From the NCBI GenBank assembly GCA_046563655.1, contig JAJCTO010000018.1, positions 124,001 to 144,783 of the forward strand: a DNA stretch of 20,783 bases, written 5' to 3'. Position numbers and translations under genes: made by a program. Within the stretch, counting starts at the first letter, position 1. Each line of letters starts with the position of its first letter. This DNA is from Yuukianura sp. NJ FZ-2021 (lineage: Eukaryota). Under the pieces are notes generated by a model that was given only the letters and a program-made list of their open reading frames with translations, was not told the origin of the DNA and did not search any database. Positions 9,399 to 19,511 of this stretch are shown one piece after another.

Positions 9399-11744
9399 TC
9401 ATGATCGATGATCAACTCTGCCGTCTGCCCAAATGGCAACTTCAATTACTTTGTCACGAATGAATTCCTCTAAAACGTCTTGGTTTTGAGCGTTTTTTAG
9501 TTCCAGGAGTTTAATGAGACTGTACTCGTCTCCGATAAGTGGAAGGTAACGTTGAGGAAACAGAGCATCTTCCAGCATCCCATGGACATCAAATGTTGTT
9601 TTCAAGTGTAGTGTTTCCACGAAATAATTGGCTATGCCATGAAAAAAGTATCGGATACATTTTGCAGTTGGGTACTTCATGGTGATTCGGTTCAAAGCGG
9701 GAAACATTTTACGAATGTTAAGCATAAAGAATTGGTCTTCAACACTGGTGCTAATTGAGTGAGCGCCGCTCGAGCGAGCGGCGCTCATCATCTGCTGCAA
9801 AAAATTTTACCGCTCCGCTCCCGCCCGCTCCCTCGTCCGCATCGCTCCCGCTCCGCTCAGAGCGGTCATAAAACTTTAACGACCGCCCGCTCCCGCTCTC
9901 TCATGTGTTAACATAGGAGCGGGCGGAGCGAAGAGCGCCGCTCTTCACCAATTTTTGGCTTCGTTGCGCTCCCGCCCGCTCTTTCGGAAAATTTTTGTGC
10001 ACCGCTCCGCTCCGCTCTCCGAGCGAAGAGCGGAGCGGTCACCGCTCTTCTAAAGAGCGATCGCTCTCAAAAGAGCGGCGCTCTCTCAATTAGCACCAGT
10101 GGTCTTGAATGAAATCAGGAAGCCGGAGGTCACGAACGAACTTGAATTCGTGTAATTCGGAGTTATATGCTTCCGGAAAAGTTGGGATTTGAATTGTCAC
10201 GGTCCAGTTACTGCGAATATGAAGCGTCTTCAACTTTGGAAACATGGATGGTTGGATTCTGTCGATACGAATTGAGTTTCCGATAGACAAACGTTTCAGA
10301 GTTGGAATTGTAGCGAATGAAATTTCTATGTCAGTCGTTCCTGCTTTATCCAGAGAAATGACCTGGTAATCTTGTTCATTTTGTGCACCGTCGTCGTCGT
10401 CGCTGTCACTACCGCTGTCGTCTTCATAGTCATCAGATTCGATGAATGTTTCAGTTTCAGTTTCTTGGACTTCATCCACGCTTCCATTTCCCATGTTAAA
10501 AGTCCTCAATTGGGCCATCTTCGGGACATGAAATTTGACTTTGTTGTCGGCCAAGTCCACTCCTTGCCCGTTTCCGGCAATCGTGAAGTGTCGCAGAGTT
10601 GGAGCAAATTTTGGCAAGAGAGTAGTCAAATCCATTGCCTTCACATCCTCCCACATGCCGCACTTTAATTCTAAACTTGCTAATGCTGAAAGACTCAAAT
10701 CCACAATCGACAGAACTTGTTTACGATGCAGTGCAAGTTCTTCTTTGTCGTCTTCATCCTTCGACTCGATCTTCTGAATAGTCAAGAGTTTTAGATTTTT
10801 CAAATTCGGAAAAGAATTGATTCCATTGAGCAGCTGATCGACTTCTTGAAGGCTTGAGTAAGTGTACACCAAATGGTTGAGCGTTTTCGGCAGGTTGGCC
10901 AGCAAGCAACTGAGGTTTGTGGTGTTCTTCAGAAAATTATTGTTTCCATTAAGCACAACTTTCACAAGCTTCATACCTTCAGCGAAAGTCAATTTTGAGC
11001 AAGAGTTCTCCTCCGTTTCATCGTTTTGGTCACGTGACTCTGGAATCACCAACACTTTTAATTCCTTCAGCCGGGTCGCAATCTCCTTCAAGATTTGGAA
11101 TTTGATTGCTTCTCTTGTCTTGATTTTTTGTCGATTATTATCGCAGAAGCGAATAAATCGGGACAAGTTAATCGGTCTCGATCCAGGAAAATGAACTGCA
11201 GTAGTAACCTTGGAGCCAAGTTTTCGGTTACGATTCCCGTTGAAAAACGAACTAAGGCTGTAACTGACTTTGACTGAGCCCTTCTGTTCCGCTTTTTCTT
11301 TACTTGCACCGTCTTCGTCATCACCATCCTGTAAATAACAGAACATTTCATTTTCCACAATCAGCTGGGTCACATACAAGAGTTGTTATTGCATTAGTTT
11401 CTCCTTCCTTAGTAATATGTACTAGGTACAATGTATGCGTAACGGATCCTTACGCATACATTGTACCTACATATTGCCATTACCTCAGGCGAAATTGTTT
11501 TCGGTATAGAGCTTCGGGTGAAACGTCGCGGTACAATTTGTATCGGGGTGGGCGAATCCCGCAGCGGTGGACCCTGGTCACGGCCGGGTTCATCACCATA
11601 AGTATCGTCGGACAAGTCTACAGCTTCTACAGCAGTTTCCGGTTTTTGTTGCTGCTTCAGTATTACAACGTCGCCGTTATCGCTGTTATCTGCTTGGCGA
11701 ACATTGTGAGTATTCGAAGACGTTCCTGCTGCCGGTCGTGACAT
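9399..11744 (-). pseudogene. LRR-like gene family copy D, the best preserved. Exon 1 11744..11484, exon 2 11328..9399 interrupted by a MITE; ~607 aa if the MITE and one TSD are removed
   Basis: ORF 11409..11744 splices (CCTGAG|gtaatg..ttatttacag|GAT, phase 0) into the 429-aa ORF 10090..11379, which continues in frame into 9399..9734 once the insertion is removed (..FIQD|QFFMLNIRKMFPALNRITM..). Repeated LxxLxL-type motifs (LKELKVLVI, FPNLKNLKLLTI, PTLRHFTI, PTLKRLSI, FPKLKTLHI) suggest an RNI/FBXL-like LRR solenoid. No clear F-box seen. A possible further 3' exon remnant lies at ~9031..9250. Confidence 0.8.
9743..10101. mobile_element. hAT-like MITE, 359 bp, 29-bp TIRs, 8-bp TSD, interior filled with GAGCG/CGCTC pentamers
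   Basis: cactggtgctaattgagtgagcgccgctc / gagcggcgctctctcaattagcaccagtg (1 mismatch). Flanks are gtcttcaa (9735..9742) and gtcttgaa (10102..10109). The empty site with a single gtcttgaa is in copy C at ~6320. An 8-bp TSD fits hAT, but P and Merlin are not excluded. Confidence 0.9.
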
Positions 11745-12277
11745 TGGGCTGAATGCTGGCTGATGGAAGCTCTAAGGAGTCGGTGTTCAAACAAAAACAA
11801 ACAAAACCGGCATGGTACACGTACAAACTACAATGGCAATTGCAACAAACCAACCGGGGTACATGAGTCGGAGGGCCAATTGCCATCTCATGTTACATTT
11901 TGTCAATTTTTATCCCCATTGTAACTGTTCAAGTTTTGCATTTCTCAATTGCATGGTTTTGTGTTTTGTACACGCCGTAAGTTGCAGGGTCGGCAAAATG
12001 ATTGTGACTGACGTTTCATGTTTATGACTGGCGTTTTATTAACGTTTTTTTATAAAGCGACCCTTTGTCACAACACGGCATTTTCTTGAAATGCAAGAAT
12101 TTTTGGTTACATTATCGTTTCAGGGGCAGTGAAAAATTTTTTTTGGTCAAAATTTTCGAAAAATTTTTTTTTCGATTTTTTCACTTTGTATCATGTTTCA
12201 AACGTTTTTAGAACGTTTAGAGCAAAAAATTTTTCCTGACCCCAAGGGTCCCCCTTTCCCATTTTTTTGAGAATCGG

Positions 12278-13130
12278 GATGTTTATGTGAAATTTTGGTA
12301 TTCAACGGAATTTTGACCGGTTTCTTGCGGAGATATTCCAGATTCACGTTCTTGAGCCCTCTCAAGTGCTCCAATGCCATACTCCCGTCCGTGCAGAATG
12401 TCATGATCGATGATCAACTCTGCCGTCTGCCCAAATGGCAACTTCAATTACTTTGTCCCGAATGAATTCTAGAAAAACGTCCTCGTTGTTTTCGGCGATG
12501 TTTAGTTCCAGGAGTTTAGTGAGACTGCAGTCGTCTCCGATTAGTAGAAGGTATCGGTGAGGAAACAGAGCATCTACTAGCATCCCTTTGAAGTGAAATG
12601 CTGTTTTCAAGTGTAGTGTTTCCAGGTGAGAATTGGCCATGCCATGAAAAAGTATCGAAGACATTTCGCAGTTGGGTACTTCATGTTTTTCGTTTTAAGG
12701 CGGGAAACCATTTTATGAATGTTAAGCATTACAAATTGGTCTTTCTTGAATGAAATCAGGAAGCCGGAGGTCACGAACGAACTTGAATTCGTGCAGTTAA
12801 ATGCTTAAGGAGACGTTAGAATTTGCATTGTCAGTGTCCAGTTGCTGCGAATATGAAGTGTCTTTAACTTCGGGAACATCGATGGCTGGATCCTCTCGAC
12901 GTGAATTGAATTTCACGTGAAACAAAGTTTTCAGAGTTAGAATTGAAGAAAATTAAATTTCTATTTCAGTCGTTCCTATTTTGTCCAAGGAGATAACCTA
13001 GCGATCTTGTACCTTTTCTTCGCCAAATGTCCCCCAGCTGAGTCGTCGTCGCTGTAACTACCGCAACCTTCATAGTCGTCTGATTCGACGAATCCTTCAG
13101 TTTCTTGCACTTCATACACGCTTCCATTTT
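12278..13130 (-). pseudogene. LRR-like gene family copy E (3' part only, frameshifted), immediately downstream of the POP1 3' UTR
   Basis: The ORF 12401..12664 ending EFIRDKVIEVAIWADGRVDHRS* has the same ending as copy D. Homology to 10110-10490 continues to ~13130. Confidence 0.8.
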
Positions 13131-13294
13131 CCTCCATCTCCCCAAAATCACTCTCAAAACAATACTTTTAGTAGGAAGTATTTATAAATATTCAATCATG
13201 TCATTAATTGAACCAATAACACTATTGAATATTTACAACATTCCAACTTACACCAACTTAACAAGTTACAAAAGTGGAATAATTCCAGTCTGGA

Positions 13295-14897
13295 TTAGAA
13301 ACAGTCTTTGAAAATGTGGACTTTGGCTTGCCTGTACTGGAGACTGTTGGAACAATCCCTCAGCAGAACAACGTCCTTCCTCTTCCAGCAGTTGACCTTG
13401 TCCAGAAAGTGGGCGAGTCCAGCGTAGGTGACATAGCCAAGGGCCCTCCCTTTCCCCCCGCGCAGTCCCTCCCCACCTAGGGTCACAAATCCAATGGGGG
13501 TTCTGGACATGCTGTCCAGGGCAGCTCCAGCATCCACCTCACACAGCGATTGCACCTCTTCGTTGAATTCCCGCACAAAGGGAGTGGAGTCGTAGTGTCC
13601 AACCTCTGCCGCTCCCTCTGCTTGTTTCCGCAGTTTGCGGCGCTTCTTGCGCAGAAAGGCCAAGTCCTTCTGATGCTTTTGTCGAAGTTCCTTTCTCTTC
13701 CGTCCAAGGTTGTGACAGGGGCTGGGGGGCTCTGTCGTCTCACTCCGCTTGTCACCAACATCACTCTCATCTACAACAACACCAAATTATACAACATTTG
13801 ACCTCAATTTTTGACTACTCTGTCGCTCAATGAGATAATTAAACTGTAGTTATGGAATCCTTAAAAAATGGGGGTTGAGTAAAAGTGAGAGTGGCGTACC
13901 TGGAATGCAGATGACAGACAAGGGTGCTGGTTTCCCTTTGCCCACCATTTTGAGTTCAACTCCAATCAGGCACCGATCAGCATTAGGAATGGAAATGTAC
14001 TTGAAGTGCTGCGACTCCTTGACTGCTGGGCATTTCTTCAGTTGAGCATCCAACAGAGCCAGAAGAGCACAGTTTCTGAGGACGAAGAAACCACAAGAGT
14101 GGGATGGTTGAAAATCGGCGGATTCCGTCACTGTAGGCGGGAGAGTGACAGCATTTCGCCTCAGCAGAACATCCCAGTCGATGCGGAAGGGAAAAGCACA
14201 CTTGAGCAGCACCAAATTAGGCCGCTTCGCTGGAGGATACCTAAACAAACATTAATTTTCATGTTAACAAACCGATTAAATAAAGTACAAATACAAAGAA
14301 ATAAATAAAGTTACACTCTTTGTAATCCTCTTTTTGAGTTTAGCTCAACGACGGAAATACTGTACCTGAAGTACGTTTCTTTAGCTTTGTCACCCTGGAG
14401 CTGTGCTTCCGTTTGACCAAAGAGTGAGTCTGGTTGAGGGAGATGAGCAGAATGAACAGAACCAAACTCCAACACATGATTATCAGCATCTCGAAGTCCA
14501 AACGGCCGAACACATCTGATGGACAACATCCAGGAAATCATAAAGTGGAATGTATAGAATTAGTTCCATTCTTAATTAATTGTTGTTAATTAATTGTATG
14601 TTGAATGTGTTGAAGTGAGGTGATACCTGTATGAGAGAGCGATCCAGAAGGCGAGTGTCCATCCTCGTGGCACAATCAAGTCCCACCCATTCCCCTCTTC
14701 CTTAATCAAAACAACAGGAACTTGGTTTTCATCCTCCCCAAGGTCCAGTTCGGATCCTGTAAAAGTTATTGGAGTTCAAGTCAAACATTCATTCTAAATC
14801 TTCAAATGTTGATTTTGTACCTGGAATGAGGAGTTGAGCTCTGCGTCTGCTTAGCTCAACGTCACTCATCTTCTCTTCTAAAACACGCTCTCTGACG
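13295..14897 (-). CDS. POP1: POP1 3'-half fragment, copy 2, including the natural C-terminus. Exons ~14897..14821 (5'-truncated), 14756..14627, 14515..14366, 14240..13900, 13770..13295
   Basis: Same POPLD motifs as copy 1, plus the terminal exon RTPIGFVTLGGEGLRGGKGRALGYVTYAGL..VVLLRDCSNSLQYRQAKVHI*, matching the POP1 C-terminal domain (GFVT.G..S...G.G.ALG.V...VLLR....LQYR.A). There are no stops or frameshifts, and all introns are GT-AG. 381 aa from the internal ATG at 14869. Confidence 0.92.
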
Positions 14898-14923
14898 GGT
14901 TAGGTCTCTAACCTAACCTAACC
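14898..14923. repeat. Head-to-head telomere-type junction (copy 2), identical to 1111..1136
   Basis: ggttaggtctctaacctaacctaacc seen directly. Confidence 0.85.
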
Positions 14924-16228
14924 ATTTTCCTTGAGGGCTGTTTGAATGGCACCTGCTTGGACGCTTCCAAGTTGCAAAATTTGTAGCGTAAACTCTTGGT
15001 CCTTTCTTTCTCGTCTTGCATTTTTCAAGGTGACTTTGAACCATTTCCTTTGATTAACTTTCTCATTAATTTCAAGAGTGCACCCTTTAATGTTCTCCTT
15101 GCACGAGGCCTCTCTCTTTTTTAAGTCTTGGATCCTATCTTCGATGGCTATGAAGTCAGCGGTCTTTTCAGAAACAGAACCTCCATGACTGTGTTGAAGG
15201 GGGAGCAACTGGTTAGGATTCACTGCAATTTCTATAACAGATGCATCGACTTCATCATTTGAAACACGTTCGGAGCCTTTCGTACTTCCGCGATGACTGT
15301 TTGCCTTCAACGAACGTTGAATTTGCTTGGATGTGTTGCTGCCCACTGGACGATTTGTTCACCGCTTTACATTTAAGTTGAACATGAGCCAAGCATCTGG
15401 AGTGCAAATAGACTGGACAGATTCTGAACGCCCAAAAATGTTGAGAAGAGGTGATGGTAATACAAGCGGTGAAGCCCAGATGCCGTTTTGCAATTCGTCC
15501 GGTTGGCTCAAGACGAGAGCTACGGACTTCATTCCTTCTTCGCCAATTACTTCAGTAAGGCGTGGTTTATCGTAGCGTAGATTCAGGGAATCTAGAAACA
15601 ACAAGCATGGATTAGTCCACATTTGTATGGTAAATGCTTTCAAAATGTTGAAGTAACAGGCTTACAGTAAAGTTTGATCAAGAACAGAGCAAAGTACCCT
15701 TTGGAGTACTGATCCTTGATCATCGAATTGACTCCTCGTAGAAGCTGCTTAGCCTCGGTTCCTAACCCCTTGATTAGATTTGTGCCGTATTGAGTTGCGC
15801 AGTACTCCTCCAGTGATGGTACTTCCTGAAGTGCGTCGGGACCAGCAAATCGTTGGGTAAATTTGTACCGGTTTGGCGGCCTGTAGGAACCACCTTGACT
15901 AGCGCTGGCAAACTGCTTGATTCGGAAAAAAACTGCACTCCAAAATGGCTTGGTTTCTGCTGTCTTGATGTCCAGAAGTTTGTTCCAATCTTTCAAAGGC
16001 AATAAGCAATCGCTAGGTTCATCAAGGCCATCGCCGAGCAAATCAGCAACTACACATAGTAGTAAATCCGTCGGTATTCCTAGGGCTGTAAATAAAAGAC
16101 GCGTGTTTTCCTGCGCCGTAGCAAAATCCGATAGTGTAAATGGTGTCAGCTGCTCCTAAAAATTAGAAACAAAATTTACTTCAACTAGTACATAGCCAGG
16201 TATTTCTACATGTCGAGCTTACCATCAT
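14918..16228 (-). CDS. Unknown coiled-coil protein gene, copy 2, open frame. Predicted exons 16228..16223, 16155..15666, 15591..15371, 15304..14918 (367 aa)
   Basis: Exon lengths 6+490+221+387 = 1104 nt with consistent phases (0, 1, 0). Translation MMEQLTPFTLSDFATAQENTRLLF..KPFWSAVFFRIKQF..ALKENG*. The third intron has a weaker acceptor and is inferred. No recognisable family. Confidence 0.65.
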
Positions 16229-16611
16229 TCTAAAATTGTTCCAATTTGACGACAGCTAACCTAAAACACAAAAGTGTAAGGGCAGCATTAGACGTGGTAC
16301 ACTTGGTTAAACGGAAAGAAAAATGAAATTAGATATTGTTTCCACAATTTCCCAGCTTACCGCAAATAAAGTAAAGGGAAGGGCTTAGGTTAGGTTAGGG
16401 TATTCACTAACTTGATGTAGGTCGAAGTGTTCATCCAACCTCGTTCATCGAAATTCAATGAACAGGCGTTAACGATGTACTGTATTTGATGAACACTAGA
16501 AAATCGACAGCTGGATTCTAGGCACTAGAATAGAGAGTTGCAACCTAACCTAAATTCAATGAACAGGCGTTAACGATTTACACTATTTGATGAACCACTA
16601 TTTGATGAACA

Positions 16612-16815
16612 CTCGAAAATCGACAGCTTGATTCTCGACAGTAGAAAAGAGACAGTCCCAATTTCCGACAGTGGAAAATCGACAGCTCGACAGTAGAAAA
16701 TCGACAGCTTCACTTCCGACACTAGAAAGTCGACAGTCCCATTCTCGACAGTAGAAAAGAGAGTAACAATTTCGGACATTAGAAAAGAGACAGCTCCATT
16801 CTCGACAGTAGAAAA
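16612..16815. repeat. 29-30 bp satellite, first block (continuous with 17915.. before the insertion)
   Basis: Units such as gacagtcccaatttccgacagtggaaaatc / gacagcttcacttccgacactagaaagtc. Confidence 0.9.
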
Positions 16816-17914
16816 CAAGGTAGGGCGATGCTCAAGGTTGACCATTGGTCTTCTGGAGGTAGTTGACAATTGATTCGACTTAAACCGGCCTGCCTCAAAA
16901 CTGTACAAGAACTAAGAAACCGTTTTCATGTAGTTGATGCACCAAAACGTCTCTCAAAGTTTTCAGTGCGAATGTGAGGTCCTACTTTGTGCATAAGTTG
17001 CACCAAGTTATACAATAGCAAAACCGTTTGCACTTTGAACGTTTTAAACGCTTGAAATGCTTCAGCGTAAAACAGGTGCACTGAAATTTTGTGTGTAAGC
17101 GATAATACCGGCGAACTATGCACAATTATTGCTTCCAACTGTGCACAACATGCGCATAATATACTTCCAATGTTGCCATGACAATGCCGTAGCATAAACA
17201 GGGTTAAATAACTCTATCAAAATAGTGTTGTTGAAATTAAAACAATAATAATTATTATTGTTGAAATTCAGTAAACAAAATTCACATAAGGCACGGTAGT
17301 TACGGTGAATGTTGCCATGACAATGCAGTGGCAAAAAAAGAACGTAAGCCAAACGGCATCAAAATAATGATATCAAAATTATTGAGCTTTGTGCATAATG
17401 CACAAAATTGAACGTTGATGAGTATGTGTCGAATATCCCTTCTTCTACATTGAAAAAGTTATTAAGCCGAAAATCGTTGGTTTATAATTAAAATTATAAA
17501 AAATTCTAGTAAATGCAAATTTGACCCTTGTTATGCACTATTCACATATTAAACATTTAAGCCGGATTTTCTACCTTCTGATAAGTCTTTATTTAACAAC
17601 GTAATTAAACATAATGCCAGAAAATGAGCAGATCAAAACATCGTTGTTAAAAAATATTTTGAGTGTAATGCAGACCTAACACAAAATTTTGACGACTTAA
17701 GAAACAGCAACGCGAAGCAGCCGCATACTTTGGCGTTGTTAATGTACGACTTTGAGTGCAATGTAGACCTATGAAAACTCTAGAGCCATACATAACCCCC
17801 GGGCAACATGGAGCTTGAGTTTTAGTGCAAAAGATACTACAAAAGCGAACGGACAGACAAAGTCGTATCAATAGTCTTCTTCAGCACGTCGTAGACGTGC
17901 GTCTCCAGAAGACT
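16816..17914 (-). mobile_element. Probable non-autonomous Helentron (DINE-1/HINE-like) element, ~1.1 kb, inserted in the satellite
   Basis: Asymmetric 11-bp subterminal IRs gtcttctggag (16848..16858) and ctccagaagac (17903..17913). Terminal palindrome agtcttct..gcacgtc-gta-gacgtgc..agaagact (17873..17914), and a weak hairpin near the other end (~16823..16833). Inserted in an A/T run of a satellite unit with no discrete TSD. Confidence 0.65.
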
Positions 17915-19153
17915 AAAAGGACAGTCCCAATTTCCGACAGTAGAAAATCGACAGCTTCATTTCCGACATTAGAAAGTCGACAGTCCCAATCTCGACATTT
18001 GGAAAGAGACAGTAACAATTTCCGACACTAGTAAGTCGACAGCTCCATTCTCGACAGTAGAAAAAAGACAGGCCCAATTTCCGACAGTAGAAAATCGACA
18101 GCTTCATTTCCGACACTAGAAAGTCGACAGCGACAGTCCCATTCTCGACAGTTGAAAAGAGACAGTCCCAATCTCGACATTTGGAAAGAGACAGTAACAA
18201 TTTCCGACACTAGTAAGTCGACAGCTCCATTCTCGACAGTAGAAAAAAGACAGTCCCAATTTCCGACAGTAGAAAATCGACAGCTTTATTTCCGACACTA
18301 GAAAGTCGACAGTCCTATTCTCGACAGTCCCAATTTCCGACACTAGAAAATCGACAGCTTCATTTCCGACAGTAGAAAGTCGACAGTTGCAAGGTTAGTT
18401 AACCTAACCTAAATCCAATGAACAGGCGTTAACGGTGTACTGTATTTGATGAACACTTGAAAATCGACAGCCCCAAATTCCGACATTAGAAAATCGACAG
18501 CTTCATTTCCGACACTAGAAAGTCGACAGTGCCAATTTCCGACATTAGAAAATCGACAGCTTCATTTCCGACACTAGAAAGTCGACAGCTCCATTCTCGA
18601 CAGTTGAAAAGAGACAGTCCCAATTTCCGACAGTAGAAAATCGACAGCTTCATTTCCGACACTAGAAAGTCGACAGTCCCAATCTCGACAGTTGAAAAGA
18701 GACAGTAACAAGTTCCGACACTAGTAAGTCGACAGCTCCATTCTCGACAGTAGAAAAAAGACAGTCCCAATTTCCGACAGTAGAAAATCGACAGCTTCAT
18801 TTCCGTCACTAGAAAGTCGACAGTCCCATTCTCGACAGTTGAAAAGAGACAGTAACAATTTCCGACACTAGAAAATCGACAGCTGCACTGTCGACCGTAG
18901 AAAAGAGACAGTCCCAATTTCCGACATTAGAAAGTCGACAGTCCCATTCTCGACAGTAGAAAAGAGACAGTAACAATTTCCGACACTAGAAAGTCGACAG
19001 CTGCACTGTCGACCGTAGAAAAAAGACAGTCCCAATTTCCCACATTGGAAAATCGACAGTGGCAATTTCCGACAGTAGAAAATCGACAGCTGCAGTATCG
19101 ACCGTAGAAAAGAGACAGTCCCAATTTCCGACAGTGGAAAATCGACAGCTTCA
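17915..19153. repeat. 29-30 bp satellite (two ~15-bp GACA-containing half-units) with a 147-bp five-unit higher-order repeat; interrupted at ~18388..18457 by a TTAGG-containing module
   Basis: The unit start gacag(t/g)cccaatttccgac recurs at 17920 and 18067, and at 18613, 18760 and 18907 (147-bp steps). The array is rich in TCGA/GTCGAC. Confidence 0.93.
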
Positions 19154-19182
19154 TTAGGTTAGGTTAGGTTAGCCTAACCTAA
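19154..19182. repeat. (TTAGG)3TTAG-CCTAACCTAA head-to-head telomere-type motif closing the satellite
   Basis: Seen directly at the exact end of the array. Confidence 0.85.
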
Positions 19183-19289
19183 TTTCAGTAATTAATAATT
19201 AGCAATTTGAAGTTAAACTTTGAAGGAAAGTTACGTTTGAATGAGAATAATTATACTTAAGAAGTAGTTAGAATCAGGAACTACGGCCT

Positions 19290-19511
19290 CTAAAGTTAGG
19301 AGGAATTTATCGTAAGATAGGAGCTCCTAAAGGTTCGAAAACATGGGAGATCTTCAGTAGGGTTTTCCCCTAGCCCAAGTCCCTACTTAGGACTGTCATA
19401 GGATTTCCTACCAAAATCTGGGAACTTAGGAAATCCTAGAGGAGTCCCATTTTTTGTCCTAAATAGTTAGGATTGGCCTAACTTAGGATTCCTAACTTTC
19501 GAAGAACCCTG
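19290..19511 (-). mobile_element. Diverged inverted partial copy of the adjacent element's left end (ends ..gaaccctg)
   Basis: Reverse-complement similarity to ~19509..19740, e.g. aacttaggaaatcctagaggagtccca vs tgggactcctctaggatttcctaagtt, and ctaaagttaggaggaattt vs aaattcctcctaactttag. Confidence 0.7.

Larger units (their letters stand above)
13775..16428. repeat. Segmental duplication, copy 2
   Basis: Aligns to 1..2639 with scattered substitutions and small indels. Confidence 0.97.

Noticed and set aside
12121..12277. Possible transposon end (caggggcagtg..) between copies D and E
   Set aside because: No matching inverted terminus or TSD found in the window.
226..14308. Numerous + strand ORFs in the track (e.g. 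226..528, 7143..7535, 10862..11194, 11304..11741, 14006..14308)
   Set aside because: Antisense shadows of the - strand exons.
13295..14897. Intact full-length POP1 gene with a long upstream intron
   Set aside because: The first exon is cut mid-sequence at the TTAGG junction with no polypyrimidine-AG acceptor, and no N-terminal POP1 exons appear in the ~5.9 kb upstream within the window.
16612..19153. CRISPR-like array of ~30-bp repeats
   Set aside because: There are no unique spacers, the units are contiguous degenerate tandem repeats, the context is eukaryotic and no cas genes are present.
16570..19154. Repetitive ORFs in the satellite (e.g. 18486..18917, MKLSIFYCRKLGLS..)
   Set aside because: By-products of a stop-poor tandem repeat; frames shift with 29/30-bp unit length.
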